Virus record (IMG/VR): IMGVR_UViG_3300033508_000475
Span: 1-25,430 of that record
Length of the DNA stretch: 25,430 nt
Strand: one strand, 5' to 3'
Origin: a virus
Taxonomy: Duplodnaviria; Caudoviricetes
The notes under the pieces were generated by a model that had not been told where the DNA came from, did not search any database, and worked only from the letters and a program-made list of their open reading frames with translations. The translations under genes and the position numbers were made by a program. Below, one piece after another: positions 8,912-19,703 of this stretch. Position 1 is the first letter of the stretch; every line of letters starts with the position of its first letter.

Positions 8912-9262
8912 ATGTTTAAATATGATAGTAGAATAAGAAAACAATATAATATTATGTGAGATAAATATTCTTTATATTTTGATATAACATCATCATTATT
9001 AACAATATTTTTAATTTTATTTTCATTATTAAATAATATTAATATTATATTTTATATGTTAACATTATTTAATTTATTAATAATCTTAATATCATTCTTC
9101 TTAACAGAAAAAAATTGTAATATGATTATATTAGATATTGATGAAAGAATAAATAATAATTATAAAAATATTTTATTTAATAATAAAATTATATCATTAA
9201 TTAAAATAACTAATATTATTATTTTATTTATATCTATTATATTAATTATATTATCAATTTAA
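8912..9262 (+). CDS. Membrane protein, about 3 TM helices (116 aa)
   Basis: Extends track ORF 9056..9262 upstream through a TGA. Three I/L/F-rich segments. Confidence 0.7.
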
Positions 9263-9289
9263 AATATATATAAATATAACAAATAATTT

Positions 9290-9316
9290 AAAATATGACT
9301 TTATGTCATATTTTTT
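9290..9316 (+). terminator. Intrinsic terminator separating the accessory and packaging regions
   Basis: AAAATATGAC-TTTAT-GTCATATTTTTT, a perfect 10-bp stem with T tail. Confidence 0.75.
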
Positions 9317-9320
9317 AAAT

Positions 9321-9338
9321 AACTATATAATATATAAA
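9321..9338 (+). promoter_or_regulatory. Putative late promoter motif upstream of terS
   Basis: AACTATATAATATATAAA, identical at 14707-14724 and nearly so at 19655. Contains TATAAT. Confidence 0.6.
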
Positions 9339-9427
9339 GATTTTTATTTTTAATACTTATATTATTTTATAAGAAAAAAATATATATAAAATAAATAAAA
9401 GCAATTTTAATATTTTAAAAATAAAAT

Positions 9428-9832
9428 ATGAGACAAACAACTAAAACTTTAGAGAAAAAAATAGCTAAAAGTATAATTAAAAGTGTATCAGATTGATTTT
9501 GAATCATAAAGGCATGTAAAAGGTGATGAATATCTGTACCAACTTTTTATATGTATTTAGATAATTATAATTTAAGACATGAATATAATAAAGCAAAAAC
9601 AGATATAATATATGATGCATTAAAAACAATTAATAAAGCAGTTAAATTTGATGCTAAAATTGCATTAGAAGTATTAAAAAGAAGAGATAAAAAAATATGG
9701 TCAGAAAAAACAGAGATAAAACATGAGTGAGAAATAAAATGATGAAATAATCGAATAACATCTATACAATTAATATGATTTGATGAATATGAAAGAAAAA
9801 AAGAAGAAAATAATGAAGAAACAGATAAATAA
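9428..9832 (+). CDS. terS: Terminase small subunit (134 aa)
   Basis: N-terminal HTH (VSDGFGIIKACKRGGISVPTFYMYL), ALEVLKRRDKKIWSEKTEIKHEG, and position directly before terL. Confidence 0.8.
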
Positions 9833-9861
9833 AATAAAGTTTATTTCTATTTATATAAAAT

Positions 9862-11214
9862 ATGAAAGAAAAAAAAGAAAGAAAATATGAAATAATTTTA
9901 ACAAAAAAACAACAAGAATTCTATAAAGCATTTTTAAATAAAAAAATAAATGAAATTTTAATTTGAGGATGAGCTAGATGATGAAAAACTTGGTGAGTTT
10001 GAGAAATCATTTTATTAACAATGATTTTATACCCTTGAATCGTATGGTTAGTTTGAAGAAGAGAATGGGATGACTTAAGGAAAACTAGTTTACAAAATAT
10101 ATTGAAAATATTAAATAAAAAATGAATGAAAGAAAAAGAAGATTTTCGAATGAATTATCAAACAAAAGAATTATTATTAAAAAATTGATCTAAAATATAT
10201 TTTATGCCTTTAAAACAACAACCTTCTGATCCTGAATTTAATTTTTTGGGTTGATATGAGATAACTTTTTTCTTTATTGATGAAGCACAGGAAGTTTCTG
10301 AAAAAGTTTTATCAATTTTGAAGTCAAGGTGTACAGAGAAAATAAAAGAATATAATCTTGTCTGAAAATGATTCTTATCTTGTAATCCTTTAAAATGTTG
10401 GTTATATGATAGATATATAAAACCACGAAAAGAATGAACTTTATCAGAGAATTTAATATTTATTCCTTCTCTTTATCTTGATAATCCTTATATGGATCAT
10501 CGTAAATATGAAAAAATGTATGAAGATGCAGATGAAGTGACTAAAGAAAGACTACTTAAGTGAAATTGGGAATATGATGATACACCTTGAAAACTTTATG
10601 AATATAATGATATATTAAATATATTTTCTAGAGAAGTAGAACAAGAAGATTTAGATATGTATATAAGTATTGATTGAGCTACAGAATGAAAAGATAAAGC
10701 TGTTTTATTAATTTGGAGATGATTTGAAATAGTTGAAGCAAAAATTTGGGATAAATGTACTACAAAAGATATTGAAGATTATGCTAAATTAAAAATGAGT
10801 GAATATAATATAAGAGATAAAAATGTTGTAAATGATCATGTATGAATATGAGCATGAATATCATATTGAATTTGAAATAATGTTTTTAAATTTAATTCAA
10901 ATTCTTCTGAAATAAAAAAGAAAGCTAAAGACCCACAAATTTTTAATAGATTAAGGGATCAAGTTTATTTTGAATTAAAAAAACATATAAAAAAAATAAC
11001 TGTAAGAGATAAAGAATTAAATAAATATAAAGAAATAATAATAAGAGAACTTGATGTAATTGCTCAAATTGATATTGATAAATGATGACCACAAAAAATA
11101 ATTAAAAAAGAAGATATAAAAAAATTAATATGACATAGTCCTGATTTTGCTGATGCAATTGCTATGAGAATGATTTATGAATGTAATAGAAAGAAGAGAC
11201 TATCATTTTTTTAA
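9862..11214 (+). CDS. terL: Terminase large subunit (450 aa)
   Basis: Q motif LTKKQ, Walker A IGGGARGGKT, Walker B FFFIDEAQE, coupling motif SCNP, nuclease motifs ISIDGATEGKDKAV and GHSPDFADA. Confidence 0.95.
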
Positions 11215-11265
11215 AAAACTATATTAATATTAAAAGATTAATATTTTAACTTATTTATAAAAAAA

Positions 11266-11466
11266 ATGTTAAAAAATATAAGTTGAAGAGAATTAATGTC
11301 AGCATCTATATATGTAGATTATGATGAAGTTAATAACTCATATAAATTAGTTACAACAGATACAAAAAATAGTGCAACAAATTTAAAAATTATTGCTATT
11401 AAAGATTTAATTGATAGCACAATAAAAGTTAACGAAGTTGATTGACAACTTAGTTTTTTAATTTAA
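11266..11466 (+). CDS. Hypothetical virion-associated protein (66 aa), N-terminus paralogous to the next gene
   Basis: MLKNISGRELMSASIYVDYDEVNNSYKLVTTD... Confidence 0.7.
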
Positions 11467-11482
11467 TAATTATATTTATAAT

Positions 11483-11965
11483 ATGCAAAAAGAAATTGCC
11501 TTTAGAGAACTTTTAGATTCAACAATTCTTGCTGAATACAATGAAGTTAATGATGTATATACTTTAGTAGTTAATTGATCAAATTGATCTTGAAGTTGAA
11601 ATGAATATTTCATTTGATATTCTTGAATGATTAATTTTTTTGAAAATATGAATAATTATTTTAGTATATTTTTTTCATATAATACTCAAAATAAAAAATC
11701 AAATGAACTTGAAAATAAAATTAAAAATAATTTACATATAAAAGAGATATATTTAAATATTACATCAAATGAATTAATATCTAATATAAAAATTAGAGAT
11801 ACAGAATGAAATGATATTTGAGAAATAACTGCATGATTTATTTGAGTTTTAAAAATTGATAATTTAAATCTTATTTATGATTTAGATGATATAATTTTTT
11901 TTGAAACATCAATTTGAACCTGATGATGAATGTGTTGAGTTAATCAAATTATGTTTAAAATTTAA
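11483..11965 (+). CDS. Hypothetical virion-associated protein (160 aa): shared N-terminal module, GS linker, beta-rich domain
   Basis: MQKEIAFRELLDSTILAEYNEVNDVYTLVVNGSNGSGSGNEYFIGYSG... Confidence 0.7.
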
Positions 11966-11978
11966 TTATATTATTAAT

Positions 11979-13253
11979 ATGACAAAAAAATATAAGAATA
12001 AAATAAATAAAAAAGGTAGTGCAACACCTCAAAATTTAATTAATAGAGTAGAAAATTGAAAGAAAAGATTTGATTATCAAAATACTGATATTTTTTTCTG
12101 AAAAAGTATTAATATTAATGAATTAATGTATACTGCAATTGATGATCTACTTTATCAAATTTATTATGCTAATGCAGATGTACAAAGAGCTATAGCAGAT
12201 AAAAATAATTTAATCTTTGAATCATGATACTTATTTAAAAATAAAAAATGAGAAACAATAAGTACAGAAAAAACTAATAGATTTAATGATATATTAAATA
12301 ATCATATTGATTTTGAAGATTTTAAAAAAGAATTTAATTATTACAGAAATATCTTCTGAAATGTATATACTTATATATTAGAAGATAATGATTGAAGAGT
12401 AGTATGAATTCAAAATTTAGATCCAAGGTTTATTTATCCACATTTTAATGATTTCTGATTTGTAACTCATTATTGATATTTAAATATGGAACTTGAAAAA
12501 TCAAGAATAATACACTTTAAAAATTGATTTGATCCTAATCAAAAATATAAAGGTATGAGTCCTCTTGTTTGAGGTATCTTAGATATTCTTTGAGATAATG
12601 AAGCAGCTAGATCTAATTTTATGTTCTTCTTAAATAATGCTATACCAGCATCTTTAATAAAATTTAGTGAAGATGTTGATGCAGAAGATATAAAAATTAT
12701 TATGAAACAAATGAATGAAAAATTTTCTTGATGAAATAATCAACATAAAATTTGAGCATTGCAATGAGTTGAATGAGTAGAAAAACTTCAGAAAGATTAT
12801 AAAGACATGGAGTATAAAATTCTTAGAGATTTCTCTACTGAAAAAATAGCTACATGTTTATGAGTTCCTCTAACTAGATTAAATAAAATTAATGTAACAT
12901 ATAATAATATGAAAGAAGCTTTTGAACAATATGTTGAGGCAACAATATTAAACGAAGAAAAAGATTTTGAAACTCATTTAAATAAAATATTAAAATATAC
13001 ATTTTATTTTGATGATATAAAAATTGAAGCAATTAATGATCATGTTGATAATACATTATATTATACTGATATTTATATTAAACAAATTGAAAATTGAATT
13101 ATTACACCAGCTTTTGCAGCTGAAAAATTATGATATGAAATTAAAGATGAAGAAAATCAAGATAAAATTTATATGAAAAATTGATTATTAAAGATAGAAG
13201 ATATATGAATGCCTTTAACACAAACTGATTTTAATTTATGAGAAATACAATAA
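11979..13253 (+). CDS. Portal protein, HK97 family (424 aa)
   Basis: IFGNVYTYILEDNDGRVVGIQNLDPRF, IIHFKNGFDPNQKYKGMSPL, FFLNNAIPASLI, KDMEY, IATCLGVP. Confidence 0.93.
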
Positions 13254-13918
13254 TGATTGAAATATTTAATTTAATAGATAAATTTTGAATTAGTTTTACA
13301 ATTGTTGCAATTATAATATACTTTTGAGTTTCATTTACAAAATTTTATTTAGAGAAATATAAAAGAGATAATAGATTAGATAAATTAAATTTAAAAAATC
13401 ATGACATATTTTCTAAAATAAATAATTTAATAAACGTTGAAACAAAATATATTGATGCAACTTATGAGTCAAAAAAAAATATGGCTAAAGATTATATTAA
13501 ATTATCTATGTTCGTATTCTTAGAAGAATTAAAGAAATTATTAAATGATATTAATGATAATTATGATGAAGAATTATTATATAATAAATTATTAGATTTT
13601 ACAACAGAACAAGATAAAAAAATATATAAGATAAATCATAGTCTTAATATTGATAAAAGATTTATAGAAAAATATGAATATTATAATAAACAAAGAAATG
13701 ATTTAATTAAAAATTTTATTTCTAGAATAATTAAATCTGATTATTATACAACAAAAATAAAAATAGCAATTATATTAGATAATTATATAAAAGAATGGGA
13801 ATGAAGTATATATGATGTTAAAAATGCTATAAGAGATATTAATTGAGAATTAAAAGCAGTTGAATATAAAGAACAATTAGAAGACATTGAAACAATTAAA
13901 AAATTTTATTACAGTTAA
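13253..13918 (+). CDS. Membrane-anchored protein (221 aa), possible holin-like
   Basis: TAATG overlap with the portal stop. N-terminal TM segment FGISFTIVAIIIYFGVSF followed by a helical soluble domain. Confidence 0.55.
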
Positions 13919-13927
13919 AATAATATA

Positions 13928-14698
13928 ATGTGTAATATATGTTATAAAATTAAAAATAATTGATGAAGAAATAATAATAAAATAAGACATTTAGAAAAAG
14001 AAACAACTAAAGATATATTAAATTTTTATAAGGAAGTTATTAAATGAATTAAAAAAGAATTAAATAAAAAATCAGTATCAAGTTTATCAAATAATATACA
14101 AAAGATAGTTAATGATGCAGTTAAAAATACTTGAATAACTGATAATATAATTAAAAATTTCTTAACATCTGCTAAAACATGAAATAGTTATGTAAATAGA
14201 ACAATGAATTTTTGAATTTGATTTGATAGAATAGAAGAAACTATGCAAAGATATTTTCAATGAATTATTGATGAATTTACACCTACTGAAACATGAGATA
14301 ATATAGTATCAAATATGATTAGAAATATAAAATTAATATCTGCTGAATGAGCTCAAGAATGATTAAGTGCTAGTTTAATTTGAAGAAGAATATCTGAATC
14401 AACTTCTTTATCAGTTCATAGAGCAAATACTATAGCAATTAGAGAAATATGAATATGATATGAAAAATGAAAAGAAGAAACAATAAATTGATATTTATCT
14501 GAAAATCCTTGAAAAAAAGTTTTCAAAAAATGGGTTACAGTATGAGATAGTAGAGTTACACCTTCTCATACTCAAAATGAAAAAGATGGTTGGATATTAA
14601 AAGATCAATCATTTAGTTGAACATGAGATCAAATTGCTCCTGCTTCTGATAATCCAAGATGTCGTTGTAGTGTTGTTTATAAATTTGAAAATGCTTAA
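13928..14698 (+). CDS. Minor head morphogenesis protein (Mu gpF / SPP1 gp7 family), 256 aa
   Basis: RANTIAIRE, KKWVTVGDSRVTPSH, PASDNPRCRCSVVY. Confidence 0.9.
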
Positions 14699-14706
14699 AT
14701 ATAAAA

Positions 14707-14724
14707 AACTATATAATATATAAA
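14707..14724 (+). promoter_or_regulatory. Putative late promoter motif upstream of protease/capsid genes
   Basis: AACTATATAATATATAAA, identical to 9321-9338. Confidence 0.6.
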
Positions 14725-14749
14725 TGTTTAACTTTATTAATATAATGTA

Positions 14750-16219
14750 ATGAATATAAAGAAACAATATTGATGAGAAATGTGTTTTATACAAGTTAAC
14801 TTTAAGTTAAATAAACAAAATAAAGATTGAAATTGAATAATGATAGAATGATTCTGAAGTACTGATGCAAAAGATTGTGATTCTGATATTGTAAAATACT
14901 CAGCTTGGGATACAAAAACAATTAATGAATTCTTAAATAATCCTCAAATGTTATTATCTCATGATTTTAATAAATCAATTTGAAGATGGTTAAAATTAGA
15001 GAGAAAAATATCTTGAAATAAAAAAGGATTATGGGTTGAATGAGTTGTTGAACATGATTTAATTGAAGATTGAGTATCAATAAAAGAAAGAATAAGAAAA
15101 TGAACAGTTAGAACTTTATCAATTTGATTTATACCATTGAAATATAAATGGATTAATAAAAAAGGTGAAGTATTAGCAGATGAATTTTGACTTAAATTTT
15201 GAATTAAAGATGAAGATCTATATAAAGAATGAGTAGTTAGATATATTAGCAAAGTTGAATTATTTGAAATTAGTGTTGTTAATATTCCTGCAAATTCTCA
15301 AGCAATCTTTGCTTTACAGAAATCATTAAAAATTAATAATTATTTTATTTTACAAAATTTTAAAAATATGAAGACAAAATTAAATTTAAATGTATTTAAA
15401 TGAAGAAGAACAAAAGAAGCAAGTATATCACTTGATCAAATTGAAACTGAATTTAATGCAGTTGAAACTGTAATTGAAGAAGTTAAAACATATTTAAATG
15501 ATATAACTCTTGAACTTGATACTGTTGAAAAGAAAATTGAAGATTGAATTGCTGAAGAAGATGCTAAATTAATTGTATCTGATTTAGAAACAATGAAACA
15601 AGAAATTATTACAAATAAAGATGAGTTAGTTGCTGTTGAATGAATACTTGAACAAGTTAATGTTGATGCAATGACTAAAGAATTATCTGAAGCTGATGCT
15701 GAAATGGTTAAAGAAAAAATTGATGAATTAACATCTGAAGTTAAAGAAGAAATAGTTGAATTAGAAAAAAATGAAGAAAGAATAACATCTTTATATGAGA
15801 AAATTTGAGTTAATTCAGAAGATGAATCTACTGATGAAACAATAACTGATCCTGTAGAATGAGAAGAAATAACTACTGAAGGAGAAGATACTAAAGAAAT
15901 TGATGAAGAAGAAGTTAAAGAAAAAAAAGAAGATATTAAAGAAGAAATTACAAAAGAAAATTTAACTGAAATGATTAAACAAATTATTAAAGAATTAATC
16001 CCTGATGATAATAGTTGAAATAAAGCAGATGAAATCTCTGCATTAGAAAAATCTTTTTCTGACACAGTTACATCACTAAATGATAAAGTTGATAAAATGG
16101 CTACATTATTAGCTAAAGCTCAAAGTTCTGCCATTCCTGTTGTTTCTACTGTGAAGTCATTCAAAATTGATACAACTTGATTATCTGAACCAAAAAGCTT
16201 TTCTAAGAAAAGAGCTTAA
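14750..16219 (+). CDS. HK97-type prohead protease fused to an acidic coiled-coil scaffold (489 aa)
   Basis: IEGFGSTDAKDCDSDIV, PQMLLSHDFNKSIG (His), TLSIGF (Ser), ELFEISVVNIPAN, then about 280 aa of Glu-rich helix in the same frame. Confidence 0.9.
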
Positions 16220-16263
16220 AAAAATTTAAAAATTATTTTATTTTAATTTAAAAAAAACTAAAA

Positions 16264-17394
16264 ATGTTTAATAAAGAAAGATTTTACAAAACACTTAATG
16301 TATTATATGCTAATACTAAGTTTGATAAGAAAACTTGAAAGTATGAACTTCCAGCAACATTAAAAGGTTTAACAATTAATGAATTGTTAACTAAATCAAA
16401 TGAATCTATGTCAACTACTCAAGCTGATAATGGTTGAAACTTTACAGTTCCTGAACAATTAGAGGCTAATGTCATTGCTAGAGTTACGGAAGAAATTAAT
16501 CTATTATCTATGATTCCTGCTTCTAATCAATATTTAACAATGCCTTCTGATTCTTATAAGATTCCTGCTGTTGGTCAATCTCTTAGAATGAGCAGAATGA
16601 CAGAACAAACAGATGTTCCAGGTGCAGTTGCTCCAATCGTTAAAGCTAATACTAAGAGTATAACTCTTAATGCTGACAAATTAGCAACTACTATCTATGT
16701 TTCTTATGAATTAATGGAAGATGCAGTTATTAATTTTCAAAATTTTGTTGAAGCTGAATTAACTAGAGCATTTGAAGTATCTGTTCATAACTTCATCATT
16801 AATGGTGATAATGATACAGCTAATACTAATATCAATACTCTAGGTGCTGTTCCTTCAGTTACATTTGATTTTATGTGAAATGCTAACTGATTAAGAAAAT
16901 TAGCAATCTCAGCTTGAAATACAGTTAACTCTTGAACTTTAGATGTACAAGATATTAGAAAGGGAAGAAGTTTATTAAAAACTAAAGGTACTAGACCTTC
17001 TGATTTATTATTAGTTATGAATTCTCAAGTATATTTTCAATTGTTATCATTAACTCAAGTTGAAACAATTGAAACATTTGGTGCTAACGCAACAATTGTA
17101 AATGGTGTATTAACTCATATTGATGGTATTCAAGTTGTAGTTAGAGAAGAAGTTCTTAATGCTGATGCTGATTGAAAAGTTAATGATAATACAGCTTTAA
17201 ATACAAAAGGACAAATCTTAATAGTTCATGTTCCTTCATTATTTGTTGGATTCAAGAGATTATTAATGATCGAAGTTGATACTAATACTTCTACTCAACA
17301 ATATTTAACTACTGCTTCTACTAGATTAGCTTCAAATGTAAATCAAAATGATTTTCCTGCTGTTGCTCTTATTAGAAATATTACATTAGTTTAA
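16264..17394 (+). CDS. Major capsid protein, HK97 fold (376 aa)
   Basis: STTQADNGGNFTVPEQL, ITLNADKLATTIYVSYELMEDAVINFQNFVEAELTRAF, FIINGD, HIDGIQVV. Confidence 0.93.
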
Positions 17395-17409
17395 TATAAT
17401 ACATATAAA

Positions 17410-17440
17410 TTAAAGGGGATGTAATAATCCCCTTTAAATT
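17410..17440 (+). terminator. Hairpin/terminator after the major capsid gene
   Basis: TTAAAGGGGAT-GTAATA-ATCCCCTTTAA, an 11-bp stem and the most GC-rich hairpin noticed. Confidence 0.8.
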
Positions 17441-17464
17441 CCTTTATTTTAAAAATAATTTAAC

Positions 17465-17818
17465 ATGGAATATACATTTAAAGTTATGGCTGATACTTTA
17501 TTAAGAAGTACAAATTGAGAAAAATGTGAATATAAACAAGGTGATTTAATAACAGTTAATTCATTTGCTGATTATAGAAATTTTCTTAATTATGCTAGAA
17601 GATGAATAATTATTGAAGTTAAAATGAAAGAAGAAATTCTTGATATTGTTGATTCTGTTGTAGATACTGCAACTGATGTTATTAATACAGTTGATACTCT
17701 TGTAGATGATTCAATTGAAACTATTAATACTTTAGTAGATACTACAAAAGATGCAGTTAATAATATTGTAACAGATATTAAAAATGTTTCTTCTAAAAAA
17801 TCTAAGAAAAATAAATAA
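17465..17818 (+). CDS. Small protein after the capsid gene, with 11-residue periodic C-half (117 aa)
   Basis: MEYTFKVMADTLLRSTNGEKCEYKQGDLITV... then DIVDSVVDTAT/DVINTVDTLVD/DSIETINTLVD/TTKDAVNNIVT and a basic tail. Confidence 0.7.
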
Positions 17819-17843
17819 ATTTTATTTTTGTCAAAAAATATAA

Positions 17844-18458
17844 ATGTATCTAATTGACATTGATAATATAAAAACTCTTTATAATATGACATCAGATGAT
17901 GATTCATATATAGAACAAATTAGTGAAATAGTTGAATCTTATATTCATAATTTTTGTAATGTTAAAACATTTGAATATTGAGATTATGAAATAACTTTAA
18001 AAAATGAAAATAATAAATATAATAATAATTTAATTGATATTATTATTGAAAATTATACTAATATAACAGAATTAAAAAAAATAAATTGAATAATATATAC
18101 ATGAATAAGATGAGAAGATTATGAAATATTTAATAAAAGAAATATTCAATTATCTGAAAGTATATCATTCAATAAATTTTGATTAGCAAGACTTGAAATT
18201 ACAGCATGATTTCAAAATACAAGCAAAGAATTTATTGATATACAAAAAGCTGCTAATATATTATTTGAATTAATACATTCAAGTTATAGAAATAATAATA
18301 ATAAATATAGAATTTTAAATGATATAACTATTTGAGATATTTCAAAATGATTTAATACTAATGAAATGGATTCTGTTGTTTTTGAATCAAAAAAGAATGT
18401 TGTTATAGCAAATATTATATTAAAAAAATATAAATTATTAAATGCTTTATCTAATTAA
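17844..18458 (+). CDS. Head-tail connector/adaptor (HK97 gp6 / SPP1 gp15-like), 204 aa
   Basis: IDNIKTLYNMTSDDDSYIEQISEIVESYIHNFCN, later ITAGF...IQKAA, plus synteny. Confidence 0.75.
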
Positions 18459-18466
18459 TATATAAT

Positions 18467-18799
18467 ATGCTTGAAATAACAAATTGTATTATTGATGAAA
18501 TTAAAAGATTATCAGTTGATTTAGATAATAATAAAAATTTTGATATAATAGTAGCAACTAATATAAAAGCATATAAATATAAATGAAAATATGAAGATTT
18601 TGTAGCTTTTGAAGAATTTCAAAATTGACAAGAAAATTGGAAATTTATTATTGCTAAACAAGATTGATATGAAATTAAAGATAATGATTTAATTATTATT
18701 TGAAATGATAAATATTTAATTAAAAATAGTGTTTTACAAACACCTGATTGAGAGTTTTATAATTTTTATCAAATTATAAGTTTCAAAAATAATGATTAA
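18467..18799 (+). CDS. Head closure/stopper protein (110 aa)
   Basis: EIKDNDLIIIGNDKYLIKNS pattern, size and synteny. Confidence 0.65.
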
Positions 18800-18800
18800 T

Positions 18801-19214
18801 ATGTCTGTTAAAATTAAAATACCTGATTTTATTAAAAAAATACAATTAGAAAAACCAATTAAACAAACTATATTTGAAATTTGAAATGATATAAGAACTG
18901 ATGCTGTTATTAATGCACCTTATAAATCTTGATCATTAAGAAGATCCTTATCTGTCATAGTACAAGATAAATGATTTACAGTAGAAGTATGAAGCAATTT
19001 AGTTTATGCAAGAATACAAGAAGAATGATGAACAATTAATTGAAATCCTTATCTACATTTTAAAATATGAAATAATTGGATTAAAAAAAGAAGTGTAAGA
19101 ATTAGATGAAAAAGATTCTTAAAAAATTCTTATGATAAACATAAACAAAATATAGAAGAAAAATTTAGACAAAATTTTGAAAATTATATAATGAGATTAT
19201 CAAGAAGAAATTAA
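18801..19214 (+). CDS. Neck / tail-completion protein (HK97 gp10-like), 137 aa; alternative start at 18792
   Basis: NAPYKSGSLRRSL, VEVGSNLVYARIQEEGG, GKRFL. Confidence 0.85.
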
Positions 19215-19234
19215 TTTAATTTATTAAAATAACA

Positions 19235-19642
19235 ATGTATAAAGATATTTGTGATACAGTATATAATTTAATAAATAATAATAAAACAACTTTAAAAATA
19301 AATAAAATATATAATTATGATAAAGCTGTTTTTGATGAATGATTTGCTGCATGTGTAATAACTCCTGCTGCTAATACTTCAACAATTTTACAGAATACTT
19401 CTTATGAAGTTAATATTTGAGTTAATATAAGAATTTTTTGGGATTCTAAAAATTTACAAAATACAGAATCTGATATAAGAACATCAGCTGATAATATATT
19501 AAAATTATTAATGAGAAATTATACTTTAGAATGAAAAGCAATTAATCTTGATTTATCATTTAATTTTTGATATACTTGAGATCCTGCTTATAGAGTCTTT
19601 GAAATAACAGCTATTTATAAAACAGATTTTGATATAAATTAA
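19235..19642 (+). CDS. Tail terminator protein (135 aa)
   Basis: Size, position before the tail tube, and the pattern IYNY...FAACVITP...NYTLEG. Confidence 0.6.
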
Positions 19643-19651
19643 TATAATATT

Positions 19652-19668
19652 AAAAACTATATAATATA
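19652..19668 (+). promoter_or_regulatory. Putative late promoter motif upstream of the tail tube gene
   Basis: AAAAACTATATAATATA. Confidence 0.55.
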
Positions 19669-19703
19669 TTAAATAATATATTTTAATTGTAATTTAAAAA
19701 AAA

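Noticed and set aside
9961-10002. TGA=Trp (table 4, Mycoplasma/Spiroplasma phage)
   Set aside because: It would give IWGWARWWKT for the Walker A and poly-Trp linkers; Gly restores the motifs.
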